A program made the position numbers and the translations under genes. A stretch of 63,294 bases of DNA, counting the filler, from Basidiobolus ranarum (Eukaryota): NCBI GenBank assembly GCA_040143965.1. It is 29 parts of 29 records of this genome, joined end to end, with 100 filler letters (N's around TTAATTAATTAA, not from the genome) between each part and the next. Parts side by side here need not be neighbours in the genome. Positions count along the whole stretch, not along the records: positions 50,317 to 52,397 come from JASJQH010010684.1; positions 52,498 to 54,577 come from JASJQH010010685.1; positions 54,678 to 56,757 come from JASJQH010010686.1; positions 56,858 to 58,937 come from JASJQH010010687.1; positions 59,038 to 61,116 come from JASJQH010010688.1; positions 61,217 to 63,294 come from JASJQH010010689.1; 23 more parts are not named here. One strand, 5' to 3'. Below are positions 50,967 through 63,294 of this stretch, piece by piece. Numbering within the stretch: position 1 is the stretch's first letter; every line of letters starts with the position of its first letter. Below the pieces are notes generated by a model, which did no database searches, had not been told where the DNA came from, and saw only the letters and a program-made list of their open reading frames with translations.

Positions 50967-52397
50967 TGTTGAAATTGACATAGCCTAAACACCTATATAC
51001 TGATATATAGCTTAGTATTTAGTTATTCAATATTGAAATGAGATATCACAAACTATTTGAAATCCGAATTTACTGAGAACATTTTGAAAACTTGTCTTAG
51101 TAGCCCCAAACTTTGCACACATGTTCCTGGGACCTTCCGTGACACATTCTAGACGTATTTGCTTACCCAACCATAAATGTCAACTCAACAAATCAACAAG
51201 TGAAAACCATCAATTCTTCTAGTTTGAAAACCACTTTCAACAAACTCCCAAAATACTTCAACACATATATCCTATATAATTATCAGTTTCATTTTGCCAC
51301 TGGATGTTATTGTGACTGTTATTAAGAGAAATTTTGAGAAGTTTTGAACATTCACTATGAAAAGCATGCTATATGAATCACTTTGGGCATAATACTAATA
51401 TCTTAATAGAAGCAATTGTTAAAGTATTTTGGGAGCTTATTGGAAGTGGTTTGTGGAATTAGAGAAATTGGTGGTTTTTACTCATTGATTCATTTAATTG
51501 AAAGTTAACATTTATAGTTTTGTCAAGATATTAACAAACTAACGTATACAATGTGTTAAAGAAGATCCCAGAAACGTTTGGGTAAAGTATGGGGCTTCTA
51601 GCACAAGTTTGAAAATATATATATTTGAGAACTTCCAAGTTGGTAAAAAATACATATATCTGAGACTTCTAATTAGGTTCCTCATGTGAAGAGTGGGTAA
51701 TATCTTAGTGAAATATTAGATAACTAAATAATAAGCTATATATGACTATATAGGTGCTTAAGCAATGCTAATTTCAAGAACTATGGCTGGTGGTATTTTG
51801 GGTTCAGTAGTATTAAAGTATTTTGGGAGTAATTAACAGTGATTCGGAAAGCTAGAAGAATTAGTGGTTCTTCACTTACTGATTTATTTTGTTAAAGAAT
51901 TTGGGAGCCTGTTGGAAGTGGTTTGGATAATTAGAGAAATTGGTGGTTTTCACCAGTTGATTTATTGAGTATTCAGTTGACATTTTTAGTTTTGTCAAGA
52001 TGTAAGCAAACAGATATGTATAATGTGCTAAGGAAGGTTCCAGGAACATGTGTGCAGAGTATGGGGCTTCAAGCATATGTTTGAAAAATCTATATATTTG
52101 AGAACTTCTGAGTTGGTAAAAATATTCCAAGTAAGTTCCAATAGAGAATCATGGGTAGTATCTTAGTTCAATATTGGATAACTGAATACTGTTAAAGTAT
52201 CTGGGAGCCTGTTGGAAGTGGTTTGGGGAACTAGAGAAATCGGTGGTTTTCACCAGTTGATTTATTGAGTTGAAAGTTGACATTTATAGTTTTGTCAAGA
52301 TATAAGCAAACCAACGTGTAGAATATGTTACGAACGGTTCCAGGAACATGTGTGCAAAGTTTGGGGCTCCTAGCACAAGTTTGAAAAATATATATAT
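50967..52397. mobile_element. Cluster of at least five L1 LTR copies or fragments
   Basis: Starts at 50967 (+) and about 51417, 51811, 51890, 52190 (-). Confidence 0.85.
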
Positions 52398-52497
52398 NNN
52401 NNNNNNNNNNNNNNNNNNNNNNNNNNNNNNNNNNNNNNNNNTTAATTAATTAANNNNNNNNNNNNNNNNNNNNNNNNNNNNNNNNNNNNNNNNNNNN

Positions 52498-52726
52498 AAA
52501 TTATATTTTTGCAAAAATTGCTGATTATTGAATAATGCATGGCAAATTTGAGGATCAATATTTTAACATATATGAATACCATCAAAATACCATCAAGAAA
52601 CCACCATCACACCATCAAAATCCCTGGCAGAATGCAAGCCACCAATATTGTGATGGTTCTCTGATGGTTTTGCTATTTTGGAGGGTGGATCCAATCCAGA
52701 TCAAATCGATTTTACTTTTGTTAGGG
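52498..52726 (-). mobile_element. CACTA terminus A
   Basis: Ends ...TTTTGTTAGGG; reverse complement of 45382-45610. Confidence 0.8.
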
Positions 52727-53299
52727 ATGTATCTATCCAATCATATTTCTCTTTATCAGTATTGGTCATCTATTATATTGGCACTGACTAATTCTCTTTG
52801 CTATAAAAAAGTATAAATGAAGCAAACTGAACCTTTTGATTTAGTGTGTGTCTCAACAAATACTAGTTTCCCACTACCTGCCTATTGTGTCTCAAGAATT
52901 AACACATTCTCTTCTAGTTTTCTATCAAACCCTAGTATCCACTGGCATGTACAGAACATCAAGCCTAGCTGCCTAGCAAATCTAGTCTCTACTGTTAGAT
53001 AGCAAACCACTGCTATTCTCAGGATCTATATTAGTTAGATCTGCTCTGCTAATATCTCCTGCTTAGGCAGTTCTAGGACTCTGCACTTAACGGTTTTTTT
53101 GGTTCAGTGGAGTTCAAGACTTTTTTTCTACTTTTCTCTTGGACACAACACTAGTCTTATTCCACCAATTTCTATTGTTGCCAAACCATTTTTATCTTTG
53201 TTACTTCCTCCCACTCCACTTAACAGTGTTTTAGACTCTACTGACTTAACTTCTCTACTTTGCAACAATCATACCAATATTCCAGATTATCATAATTGA

Positions 53300-53546
53300 A
53301 TTAAGTATACACAGAATATTTTTACCAACCTAAATGTTCTCTGATATATATATTCTTCAAACTTGTGCTAGAAGCCCCAAACTGAGCACACATATTCTTG
53401 GGACCTTTGTTGACACTTTCTACGTGTTTGTTTGTTTACATCTTGACTGTAAACATCAACTTTCAACTCCATAAATCAATAAGTGAAGAGCACAAATTCT
53501 TCTAGTAGCCAAACCACTTCCAACAAACACCCAAAATACTTTAACA
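53300..53546 (+). mobile_element. L1 LTR fragment upstream of the AAD gene
   Basis: ...CCACTTCCAACAAACACCCAAAATACTTTAACA. Confidence 0.75.
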
Positions 53547-53687
53547 CCTACGCGCTACACACTGGATATGATTGAAAAAAATCCATTTGCAAACCTATTT
53601 TGGCCATTTTTCTCATTTTGAAAGATTCTGCGGATTTGCCGATCAGCTAACATTTACAGGATTTTCCACCATACATGAATTGGCTCC

Positions 53688-53750
53688 GGCTTACGTGTTG
53701 CATCAACGTAATATTGGAGTTGGCTTACGTGTTGCAGCAACGTAATATTG
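53688..53750 (+). promoter_or_regulatory. Duplicated palindromic element upstream of the AAD gene
   Basis: GGCTTACGTGTTGCA(T/G)CAACGTAATATTG twice, period 34 bp; TATAAA near 53864. Confidence 0.5.
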
Positions 53751-53914
53751 AGGCTTTACCAATGGATTCGGTTGCTTTATGATTTCGGCTAAATGGAAGG
53801 ATTTTTATTCCTGAATATACCTCCTATCTAAATCCGCAGTACTTTGGATTGAAAGCAGACGAATATAAATATCTTCGCGATAATGCTCATTAGACAACAA
53901 TACAAACATTCATT

Positions 53915-54577
53915 ATGGCTGAACTATTCGCACCTGCACCAGAGCCTTCCACCGAGCTTGGACGCTACCGCATCCTTTCGTCCACTGCTGGTATTCGTGT
54001 TTCACCACTACAGCTCGGGGCAATGTCTATTGGTGATGCCTGGTCCCAATTCATGGGTTCCATGGATAAAGCAGCTTCTTTCAAAATGCTCGACGCTTAT
54101 TATGATGCTGGTGGAAATTTTATAGATACCGCTAATAACTATCAAGAAGAGCAGTCCGAGACATGGATTGGTGAATGGATGGCCCAGCGTAAGAATCGAG
54201 ATCAGGTGGTTATTGCAACCAAGTATACTACATACTATAAACATCATCAGCTGGGCAAGGGAGGAGCACCAAACCACTGTGGTAACCATAAGAGAAGTCT
54301 TCACATGAGTGTTCGTGATTCCTTGAGCAAGTTACAGACTGACTGGATTGATATTTTATACATTCACTGGTGGGACCATACAACCTCAATTGAGGAAATC
54401 ATGGACAGTCTCCACATCCTTGTACAACAAGGCAAAGTTTTGTATCTTGGTGTCTCTGATACTCCCGCTTGGATTGTCAGTGCTGCGAATACCTATGCTC
54501 GTGCTCATGGTAAGACACCATTCAGTATTTATCAGGGCAGGTGGAATGTCATGAGAAGGGACTTTGAGCGCGAGATT
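53915..54577 (+). CDS. Aryl-alcohol dehydrogenase / NorA-type aldo-keto reductase, 5' fragment, intronless as far as seen
   Basis: [57 protein letters not shown]. Confidence 0.95.
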
Positions 54578-54677
54578 NNNNNNNNNNNNNNNNNNNNNNN
54601 NNNNNNNNNNNNNNNNNNNNNTTAATTAATTAANNNNNNNNNNNNNNNNNNNNNNNNNNNNNNNNNNNNNNNNNNNN

Positions 54678-55115
54678 AGAAAGTTGATTCAGCAACATTA
54701 ATACAATGGTGGGCTTTGATTGAGATATTGATACAAACTTGTGTTGGGTGTGAGCTAAACCTTGGGTATGAAGAACTCTATAAAAATATTCAGGAAAATA
54801 TATCAAAGAAACTATAAATTTTAAAGGTGCCCAATCAGCATTCAAGTGGTAAATGTGTGAGATTTGAGTTACAATTCTTGCACATGTGTTGATCCATAGT
54901 TCTCGGAGATTCTAACCAATCATTTGCAACTATTTTGCTAGATTCTGAAAATTCACTCCTGAAACTGAAAGAATTGATTAAAATCAAATCCAAGTTGACA
55001 ATCTCAATATAAATCTAACTTAAGAATTTAGTGACAATTCATAAGTGATCAAATAAAAATGGAAAAAAATTGTGATAGATTTCCTACAAAAACAATACTC
55101 AAATTTCTATTAGGA
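54678..55115 (+). mobile_element. CACTA terminus B inserted into Copia RT
   Basis: Reverse complement of 5254-5670. Confidence 0.75.
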
Positions 55116-56574
55116 GCTATTTTTGGTCAAGTTAAGATTTGTCTCCATTGGAGTAGATACTGGATTACATTCTTCAATTTTGAACTTCTCTAGTGTATTG
55201 AGGATATACTTAGACTGGTTTAAAGTTATTGTTTTGATAGTTGTATCTATCTTGATGTTGATTCCAAGATAGTGCATCAGTTCACCAAGATCAGTCATTT
55301 TTCATTTGACACATAAGCTGGATTTGTTTTTCTCCAAATTCTTCAAGTCATTGTTTCTATATCAAGGTCATCTATATATAAGCCTAATAAGACTAGGCTT
55401 GTCTCATCTGGCCTGATGTAGATGTTATAGTCAGCATTGCACTTTTGGATTTTGAGTGTTGCCCAAAAAAGCATCTATCTTTCTCTTTCAAGCTCTTGGA
55501 TATTCTTTTAAGCCACAGAGTATTTTTCACGGTCTGTAAACTTTTTTAGGGCTTTCTGGGTCCATAAATCCATCTAGCCAATCAACATAGATCTCCTCAG
55601 CAAGCTTATTATTCAAAAATGCTTCTTTAACATCCATTTGAAATTTAATAACCTGCTAATTAGCTGAAATGGCTAAAATAAATCCAGTTGAATCAAACTT
55701 TGCTACAGGAGTAAAAGTTTGTATATAATCTATTCTTGGTGTTTGGGAATAGCCTTTAGCTGCTAGTATAGCCTTGTACCTTTCTATATTGCGATCATAG
55801 TTGTATTTTACTTCAAACACCCTTAGGCAGCTAATTAACTTTCTATCTTTTGGTAAGTTGGTTAAAGTTCAAGTGTTAATATCAATCAAAGCCTGATACT
55901 CAGCAACCATTGCAGATCTGCCAAATTTTGTTTGAAAGGTATTCAGGGCCTCTTTTATAGTCTGTGGTTTATGTATTTGATCTGTGCAGGGAAGGCCCAA
56001 ATTTGAGACTCATTAAGATAGTAATCAGGGCTATTTCATATCAGATTTGATCTCCAGGTTTGGATAGAGGTATTACAACTTTTAGCATTGTGGTGGGCAC
56101 TTCAGTAGGCAGAATTTTGGTTGAGGGGCCTAAATGAATGATATTTTCTTATTTGTTTTGTTTTGAATCAATTTGAATCATTGAATCAGGAGAAAAGCGA
56201 TATATGTTATCTTCAGAGGTCATTTTGGGTGAAAGGTTTCCTTTTCATTAAACAAAGCATCTCTGGGCTTGATTTAATTTGAAATTTTGTTATCATAGAG
56301 ACTGTTGGCCTTAGTTTGAGTATAGTAACCCAAAAATATTCCTTTCTTACTTTTTTAACCCAATTTAGACTGACTTTGGGCTAGTGTTTTGACACTGGCA
56401 ATGCATCTAAAGATCCTCAAATGATTTATATCAGGTTTAGCTCAAAACCAAGCTTGATATGGTGTATAGATCAAGCAATTCTTGATCATTTTGCTCAAAA
56501 AAATCATATCCGGTATGGCCAAGCTCTTATGCATAATTGTATGGTTTCTTGATTAGAATAACTTATATTTACAC
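55116..56574 (-). mobile_element. Copia integrase C-terminus and RT, decayed
   Basis: YKAILAAKGYSQTP, DLGELMHYLGI; paralog of 22430-23369. Confidence 0.9.
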
Positions 56575-56914
56575 CCCTAACAGAAATAAAATTGATTTGA
56601 CCCAGATCAGGTCCACCCACCAAAATAGCAAAACCATCAGAGCACCATAACAATATTGGTGGCTTGCATTCTGCCAGGGATTTTGATGTTTTAACAGCAG
56701 TCTCTTGATGTAATTTTAATGGGTTTCATACATGTAAAAGTATTGATCATACAATTTNNNNNNNNNNNNNNNNNNNNNNNNNNNNNNNNNNNNNNNNNNN
56801 NTTAATTAATTAANNNNNNNNNNNNNNNNNNNNNNNNNNNNNNNNNNNNNNNNNNNNTTGCTTTTTTGGAGGGTGGATCCAATCAGGATAAAATCAATTT
56901 TATTTTTGTTACGG
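56575..56914. mobile_element. Two CACTA terminus A copies on separate contigs (56575-56757 +, 56858-56914 -)
   Basis: CCCTAACAGAAATAAAAT and ATTTTATTTTTGTTACGG. Confidence 0.7.
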
Positions 56915-58536
56915 TTTCTTGTCTAGCTAGGAGGATTTACTTGACACTAGCAAGAGAGGGAATATCAGAGGTTGATTGGCTGGTAGTTTCTTGATCTACT
57001 TTTGTTATTAGGTGTTGAGGTAGGGCATTCAATAGGTAAATAGTTAGTGTGACTTAAGCAATAATGCCTTGTTGGATAAATTGCTTGCTAGGCATCTTTG
57101 AGAAGCTGGTTTTGGCAAAGCACCCCAAGTCATAAATTGAGTAGGTATGGCAGGGCTCTCCATAGTTTTCTTGCAACTGTCCTTTCATATGGCTCCAGTC
57201 TTGTAGTATGGCAAGGTTGTCTTCAAGTGCTAACACAATATTATCTTCACAGTAATGTGTTAGTTCCTCAGCCATCCTGTCTTGAGGAACATTGTAAGCT
57301 TGGTAGAAAAGTTCCCATCTCCTGATGAATGCTTGAACCATGGTTCTATCAAACAAGGGAGTTTGTAAAGATCTTCATAATGGTAGTATTGGGGTTGAAA
57401 TATTGAATGAGTAGTAGTAGTGTTTGTTGTAAGTCTTCAGAGTGATTCAGTTGAATCCCCCATGTTGGGTGCCAAATGTAGTTGTTTTAAGGTGTAAGCA
57501 GCAACTATATCTGCAGTGTCTAAAGGATTTTGTTTGATGTCTAAAGAGTGCAATAAACATGGTGGAATAACTCTGGGATATACTCTAATATAGATCTGTC
57601 TCTTGCCTCTTGGGTCTTTGAGAAATGGAATTAAGCCTCTTGAACCATCTAAGAACTAATAAGTAACAATGCAGTGTCCAGCTTTCTGTTGAATAATATG
57701 CTGGCTCCTGACAAAAGAATATACTGGCTTCAATATCCCTTGAGATTGATCTGATAAAATGGGTATATCAAATCAAAAATACCTATAAACTCAGCCAGCA
57801 GGGTCTTGAACAAGGATGTACTAGTAGTGATTTATCCAATGATATGAAAAGTTCCTTCCCTATGCGGACAAAGCTAGGTAATAAAGTTTAAGCTATCAGA
57901 AATATAACACCTACCTATCAATACTTCCTCTGAGCTGGTCAAGTCCTTTCTAGTCACACAGTAGTCTGTAACTGTCTCTGGTAGTCTCTCATGAGCTTAC
58001 TCTTCAAAGGTCTCATAATTGGTGATGAAAACAAGGGGTGATAACAAGTAGTAATTGTTGGTTGAATACTAGGATGATTTTTATTTGAAAAGATATGGCT
58101 CCTATTTATACTTTTCTGAAGGTAGAAATAAATAACAATGAGAGTTTGCGGCAAGTTCCAGAGAATTTTAGTGATGGGGATCTTTGGATATGATATCATT
58201 GTAAATCATAAGATTAGTTATGCATCCAATGTTCAACAAGATTGTAGAATAATCTAGAAAGTCTTGGAATGTTCCAGCAAAATCTGGTATTGATTAGTCA
58301 AAATTCAATCAATCATCAAATATTCCAAGAATCTTGGGGAATGCTCCGGAAGATTGTACAATTTTCCAGAAAAACATAGGCCAAATGTGGGTTAATATTG
58401 AAAAATCCGAAATTATAGGGTGAAATACTAATGGTGTGATAGGATTGGCTATATAATGTGGGTAAGTCAAATATGATTAATAAAATAGAGACTGTGCAAT
58501 AGTAATGATAAAAGCTTGCAATGCTACCCCACTGCA
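56915..58536 (-). mobile_element. Ty3/Gypsy-like 5' end: about 1.06-kb LTR (57477-58536), tRNA-Lys PBS (57457-57474), gag start
   Basis: TGCAGT...ACTACA LTR; TT-TGGCACCCAACATGGGG; gag FDRTMVQAFIRRWELF; inserted in CACTA ORF2. Confidence 0.8.
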
Positions 58537-59939
58537 CCAGCAAACTAAAAGACTCTGAATGGCAGAGCTGCAATTACTTGCTCTGATGATGAGTGGTTTA
58601 ACATTTTAAAAGCTGTGTAGAATCTTGCCCAAACACACTTCAATTCAAGCTGTTGTGCATCAACATACAAAGTTGTTTAACTTACATCATACCTATACAA
58701 CTTGCTTGAATATCTGTTTGGTTTATTATCATTGCTAACTAGTCACCTGACCTTATCCAGTGACTCTATCATGTGACTTCTCACATTACTAACTATCTAT
58801 TCTCTTATCCCTTCTATCAGATCATTTGATCATTATCCAATCAGTATTAACCTCTGAGTCATCTGCCTAGACACAAGTCAATATAAGTCACAAGATTCAT
58901 AACCAATGATCTTTCACTGCCAAGACTTCAGCTGATGNNNNNNNNNNNNNNNNNNNNNNNNNNNNNNNNNNNNNNNNNNNNTTAATTAATTAANNNNNNN
59001 NNNNNNNNNNNNNNNNNNNNNNNNNNNNNNNNNNNNNTAGATGTGCTTTACTAATATCTCATGCTTGAGGTTAAACATTTTCAAGTTCACAACTATTTGT
59101 CACTTTTTTCTCCAAGTCCACACTTCTTTTTGATAAGTTAAGTTCAATTTAACCAATAACAATTTTTGTTGAATTTGGATATATTACACTATCAACTTCT
59201 ATATAGTTCATCTCAATTGCCACCAAGCACCTGATTTTAGCCATTGACTTCATATTAAATCCACTATCCAATCTGTCAGTCCATAGGACCTGTCACATGA
59301 TTGGTTTCCAGTTAATTTTAAGCACTGAAACGTGTTCCAATACAAATTATCAAGGATTGTCTCTTACAGACTAGAATAGTATCTGTTTAGCTTTTGATAG
59401 CAAAAGATCATTTGTGAATAAGGTTGAAATCCACTCAATTAATTCAGATCATAAAAATTGGGCAACACCTGACTAATAAGTTGTCCCATATGCCACCCAA
59501 GACCAGGCCAGATTGAGGAGTCAAAACTAGTTTGAATAGTCCAAACATAGCTGGATTTAGGCTTTAAAATTGGGCGAGCATTGCACCACTCACAGATAGC
59601 TCCGTTAAAGAGATAATAAGTATAATTTTAAATGTTTCAATCTTAGGATTCAAGAAATAGATTGAATCTATGTGCACAAAAACCTAAACTAAATACAGGA
59701 GTTCAGCAAGATTACTACAAGATTCTACTTTGCTTGAAGCAATATTAAGCTCAGTGCCAAGTGTGATTTGTCTTGGGAACTTTGGTATTCTGCCTATTGA
59801 CTATAGTAACAGCCCAATGCTTAATTATTGTGTTGGATCCAAAGCCTGCAAAGCATCTGATACTCCAAATCAGTAATATATCCATTACCAAGCTATTAAA
59901 TAGGTTGAAAATGTCAAGGTGTCACCTCAAAGTTCATTT

Positions 59940-61116
59940 CTGTTGTAATTAGATACATGGCAATTTTTTATTCAGTGGTTGGTTGATTCATATTCTGACT
60001 ATTTAGAACTCAAATCTGCCATTGAAAGATATATGTATATTGCTCTAATTGCTTCAGATATCAATTGGATCACTTTTACCCTGTTTTCTTACTTTTCATA
60101 ACTGGCCCACATCATGGCATGTATTTATCCATCCTTTATAGATAGGTTAAATACAATAATAACTTGGCCAAGAGTCCTAATTTGTAGTAAACCATACGTA
60201 GGATATAGTCAATTCAATAATCCATAAGGGTCTAGTTGACAAATCTAAGCTATACCCATAACACTTTCAAGTCCACAAAACACTTGTGTCATGCTATAAC
60301 TGCCAATCTACCCATTAAAGAAATGTCTATCAGTACTACTATCAATGTTTTTGCATCCACAGAGAAGCTGGATGATACAAAACTCTGCATTTAGAAGTTC
60401 AAGCTGCAAAAAGTGGTGGAAGAGAAGGACCTTTGGGTACTTGTAAAAGGAAAAAAAATAGTACACAATACTTAAGTATCATTTTGCATATGTTTCATAT
60501 TTTGACTTGGCAACATTCATTTTTGCTATTTCAACGCATGCACCTCTGGCCATAATTGGTAGATGTATCAATGCAATCAGTTTTACTAATTTCCGTAATT
60601 TTCTCAATTCTTCTCTAAATCATCTCAAATTTTCACAAATGTTTTACAGGCATGTTTTTAATGAACTAAACTTGTCCAAATGTCCTATTATGTAGTCAAC
60701 TATAAATGGAACATATTCAATTCAACAAAATGTAAGTGCCTGATTTACAAATCTAACTCTTGTCCCAGAACAACTTCAAGTCCCCCAAACACTTTTATCA
60801 CAATATTAGCCCCAAGCTAGCTGTCAAAGGAATGTCTACCAGTACTTTCACCAATATTTTTGCATCAACAGAGAAATTTTATGGTCAAGATTTTCACCTT
60901 CAGAAGTTCAATAAGCAAATGGTGCTAGAAGAGAAGGATGTTTGGGAATTTGTTACAGGAGAAAAAATAGAGCCAAAGGCACCACTGGAAGCTATTGTTG
61001 CCTTTCACAAGAGGTAGAGTAAACACTCCCTACACTTTTTCTGCATCTTAGAGACTCTCAATTGAGGCACATACACTGAGCAAAAAATGTGCAACATGCT
61101 TGGAAAACACTGGAGG
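59940..61116 (+). mobile_element. Two decayed Copia L3 LTR plus gag starts
   Basis: FASTEK..D/G..F..QKF..Q.V.EEKD.W gag at about 60330 and about 60830. Confidence 0.75.
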
Positions 61117-61489
61117 NNNNNNNNNNNNNNNNNNNNNNNNNNNNNNNNNNNNNNNNNNNNTTAATTAATTAANNNNNNNNNNNNNNNNNNNNNNNNNNNN
61201 NNNNNNNNNNNNNNNNAGTTCAGCTCCCACCCAGTTGTCTCTATAACTCGTTGGTGGCATGTGCCAGAAGCCTGTTTCTACCAGATTAAATGGTTTTGAA
61301 AGAGAGGCTACTATTTTGTTCAAGAAAGGAAACGATTGACAAAAGGTACCAGACGCCTGTTATTGACTGAAATTTACTAACTCTACTGCTTACCGACGGG
61401 AAAGAAGCCGTAAAAGAAACCTTAAATACCATGCCGGCTCTCTATTGAATTCACCAGGCTACTATCTCATCAGTGCTTTACCTCAAGAT

Positions 61490-62563
61490 ATGAAGTGGAC
61501 TTCATTACTCGTCGCCTCGTTAACCCTTAGCTACTCAGTTTTGGCCTCTCCGATAACCAAGCGCCTGGACCTTCCCACCATCGACAGTAAAGAGCTGGAT
61601 ATCTTCAAAACTCATGCTAAGTACGCTTCGGCTGCATACTGCCCTCAAGCTAAATTGGCTAACTGGTCATGTGGTGAGCGTTGTACTGGCCGCTTGAACG
61701 TAACATCTTACTTTACCAATGAAACTACCGGAATAGCCGGATACATGGGCTACAGTAACGATGATAAGAAGATTGTCATCTCCTTCCGCGGGTATGAATA
61801 TTCGTAAATACTCACCAAAGGTTTGTCGTTTAATTCTAACATCATTACTAGATCCTCTAACTGGGCCAACTGGGCCAAAAACCTGGCAATTGCTCCAACA
61901 ACATTTATCTATCCTACCGCAAATGCAAATGTCAAAGTTCATAGCGGATTCTACGAAACTTACTCAAGTGTTGAGAACACCATCCGTACTGGATTAAAGC
62001 AGATATTGACCACCCTGAAAGACCAAACTATCCCATACAAGTTGGTTATCACCGGACATTCTTTGGTAAGTGGCTAACATTGTAATCAGAATTAGTGATT
62101 CTCACTGACGCTCTACATCTAGGGAGCAGCAGTTGCCACATTTTGTGCTATGGATATCAAGCGAATTTACTTGAATCCCAGCAGTGGAAGATCCTTCAAA
62201 TCCGAATTACTAATAATCGATCGTTCTCAAATATACCTGCACACCTATGGCCAGCCCAGAGCTGGAAACTTAGATTTTGCTCAATTGGTGTATAATACCT
62301 TTGGATTGGGTACCACTCGTGAAACATTAGCAAGAATCACTAATAAGGGGGACCCAGTGACTAGACTTCCACCTCAAGATATGGGTTATCTTCATCATCC
62401 ACATGAGGTTTATATCCGCAAAGATGCTACTACTGTGGCCTGTCAAGATGTAGTTAGTAACAAAGTTAAAGAAGATCCTAACTGTGTTCTAGGAGTCGCT
62501 CTTCCAATCAATTTCGGTGATCATTCTCAATACTGGGATGTTCCATTTGGTTCCGGTTGCTAG
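61490..62563 (+). CDS. Secreted class-3 (Rhizomucor-type) lipase; introns 61792-61851 and 62066-62122
   Basis: Signal peptide, YASAAYC, ISFRG|SSNW lid, VHSGF, GHSL|GAA nucleophile, TYGQPRAGN, GDPVTRLP, DHSQY; both GT-AG introns restore the frame. Confidence 0.95.
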
Positions 62564-63294
62564 AAATAGTATATGTTCACTTCATATACTTCTTCCTGCC
62601 CTATTACGTTCAATATATTGTTTGCGAACTATTACATTGATATTGAATAAAGATTGAGGTCGTGATTTTCTTTTTATTCCTCCATTGTTGCTAATCAGTA
62701 AGTCAGCTGTGTTGGAACTGCGTTTCTATTCAAAATGCGGTGCTTACTGACATAGGGGGTGTACCTTACAAGCTATAGCATGTTGAGCATCCCGATCCAA
62801 TACATAAAATTACACTGGTACCACTTGATTTCGTCATGTGCACTGAATCGTGATTTCAGCATTGATTTCAAGTGACTGGTGAGGTAGTTACCATAGTGTT
62901 TTAAAGAAAGGTCACTTTATGCAAGTTCTTTATGTAGATAGATATAATCATTTATACTAACTTTCCACCATTTTGAAGAACAATTAGCTAGATTTAATAC
63001 CAGAACTGTCGTAGGCATTAGGGTGATGATAATGTCACTATTTAGCAATATGCAAAGGCTAGGTTTAAGGTCGAGTTGAGGAAGAGAATTCAGGGCTTTT
63101 AAATAAATAGATCTTTTTCCCTTCATTTGATTGCTTGAGGATGGTATGCTAACTGGCTTGGGCTCTTGCATAGTGAGGGTTAGGGGGGGAGACAGTCACC
63201 AAAAGGTGAAATCTTTATTTCAAACAAAACAAAGAAGCCATAACTACTTTTGTAGTTTCTTAACTAATGTATGGAGATCTGGAGTATTTGTATG

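Noticed and set aside
2096-61216. Regularly spaced TTAATTAATTAA repeats resembling an array or PacI sites
   Set aside because: Artificial six-frame-stop linkers inside N gaps; ORFs ending in X runs or LIN are artefacts
11310-62563. Apparent metabolic gene cluster (ADH, PCK1, transporter, AAD, lipase)
   Set aside because: Genes lie on independent size-sorted contigs; there is no linkage information

Overview
This is not a contiguous locus. It is 29 unplaced contigs of about 2.1 kb (2095 down to 2078 bp, sorted by length), joined by 100-nt artificial spacers (N44-TTAATTAATTAA-N44), so adjacency across gaps means nothing. The source is an AT-rich eukaryote, a fungus judging by the short GT-AG introns with CTRAY branch points, PCK1, class-3 lipase and AAD; an early-diverging lineage is possible but only inferred. 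Most of the sequence is decayed, nested transposons: several Ty1/Copia families (three recognisable LTR families, half-tRNA-iMet primer sites), Ty3/Gypsy elements, a large CACTA/EnSpm (CMC) family with CCCTAAC termini, and a PIF/Harbinger/ISL2EU-like fragment. These repeats are strongly CpG-eroded. Host genes on CpG-intact contigs are a small secreted protein, an NADP-alcohol dehydrogenase (5' part), PCK1 (5' part), an MFS sugar porter (3' part), an M13 peptidase fragment, an aryl-alcohol dehydrogenase (5' part) and a complete 2-intron lipase. The most unusual item is a ~282-bp TGTTGAAA...TTTCAACA LTR-like repeat, seen twice in unrelated contexts, with a full 73-nt tRNA-like cloverleaf near its 3' end, a possible tRNA analogue of the 5S-carrying Cassandra LTR.
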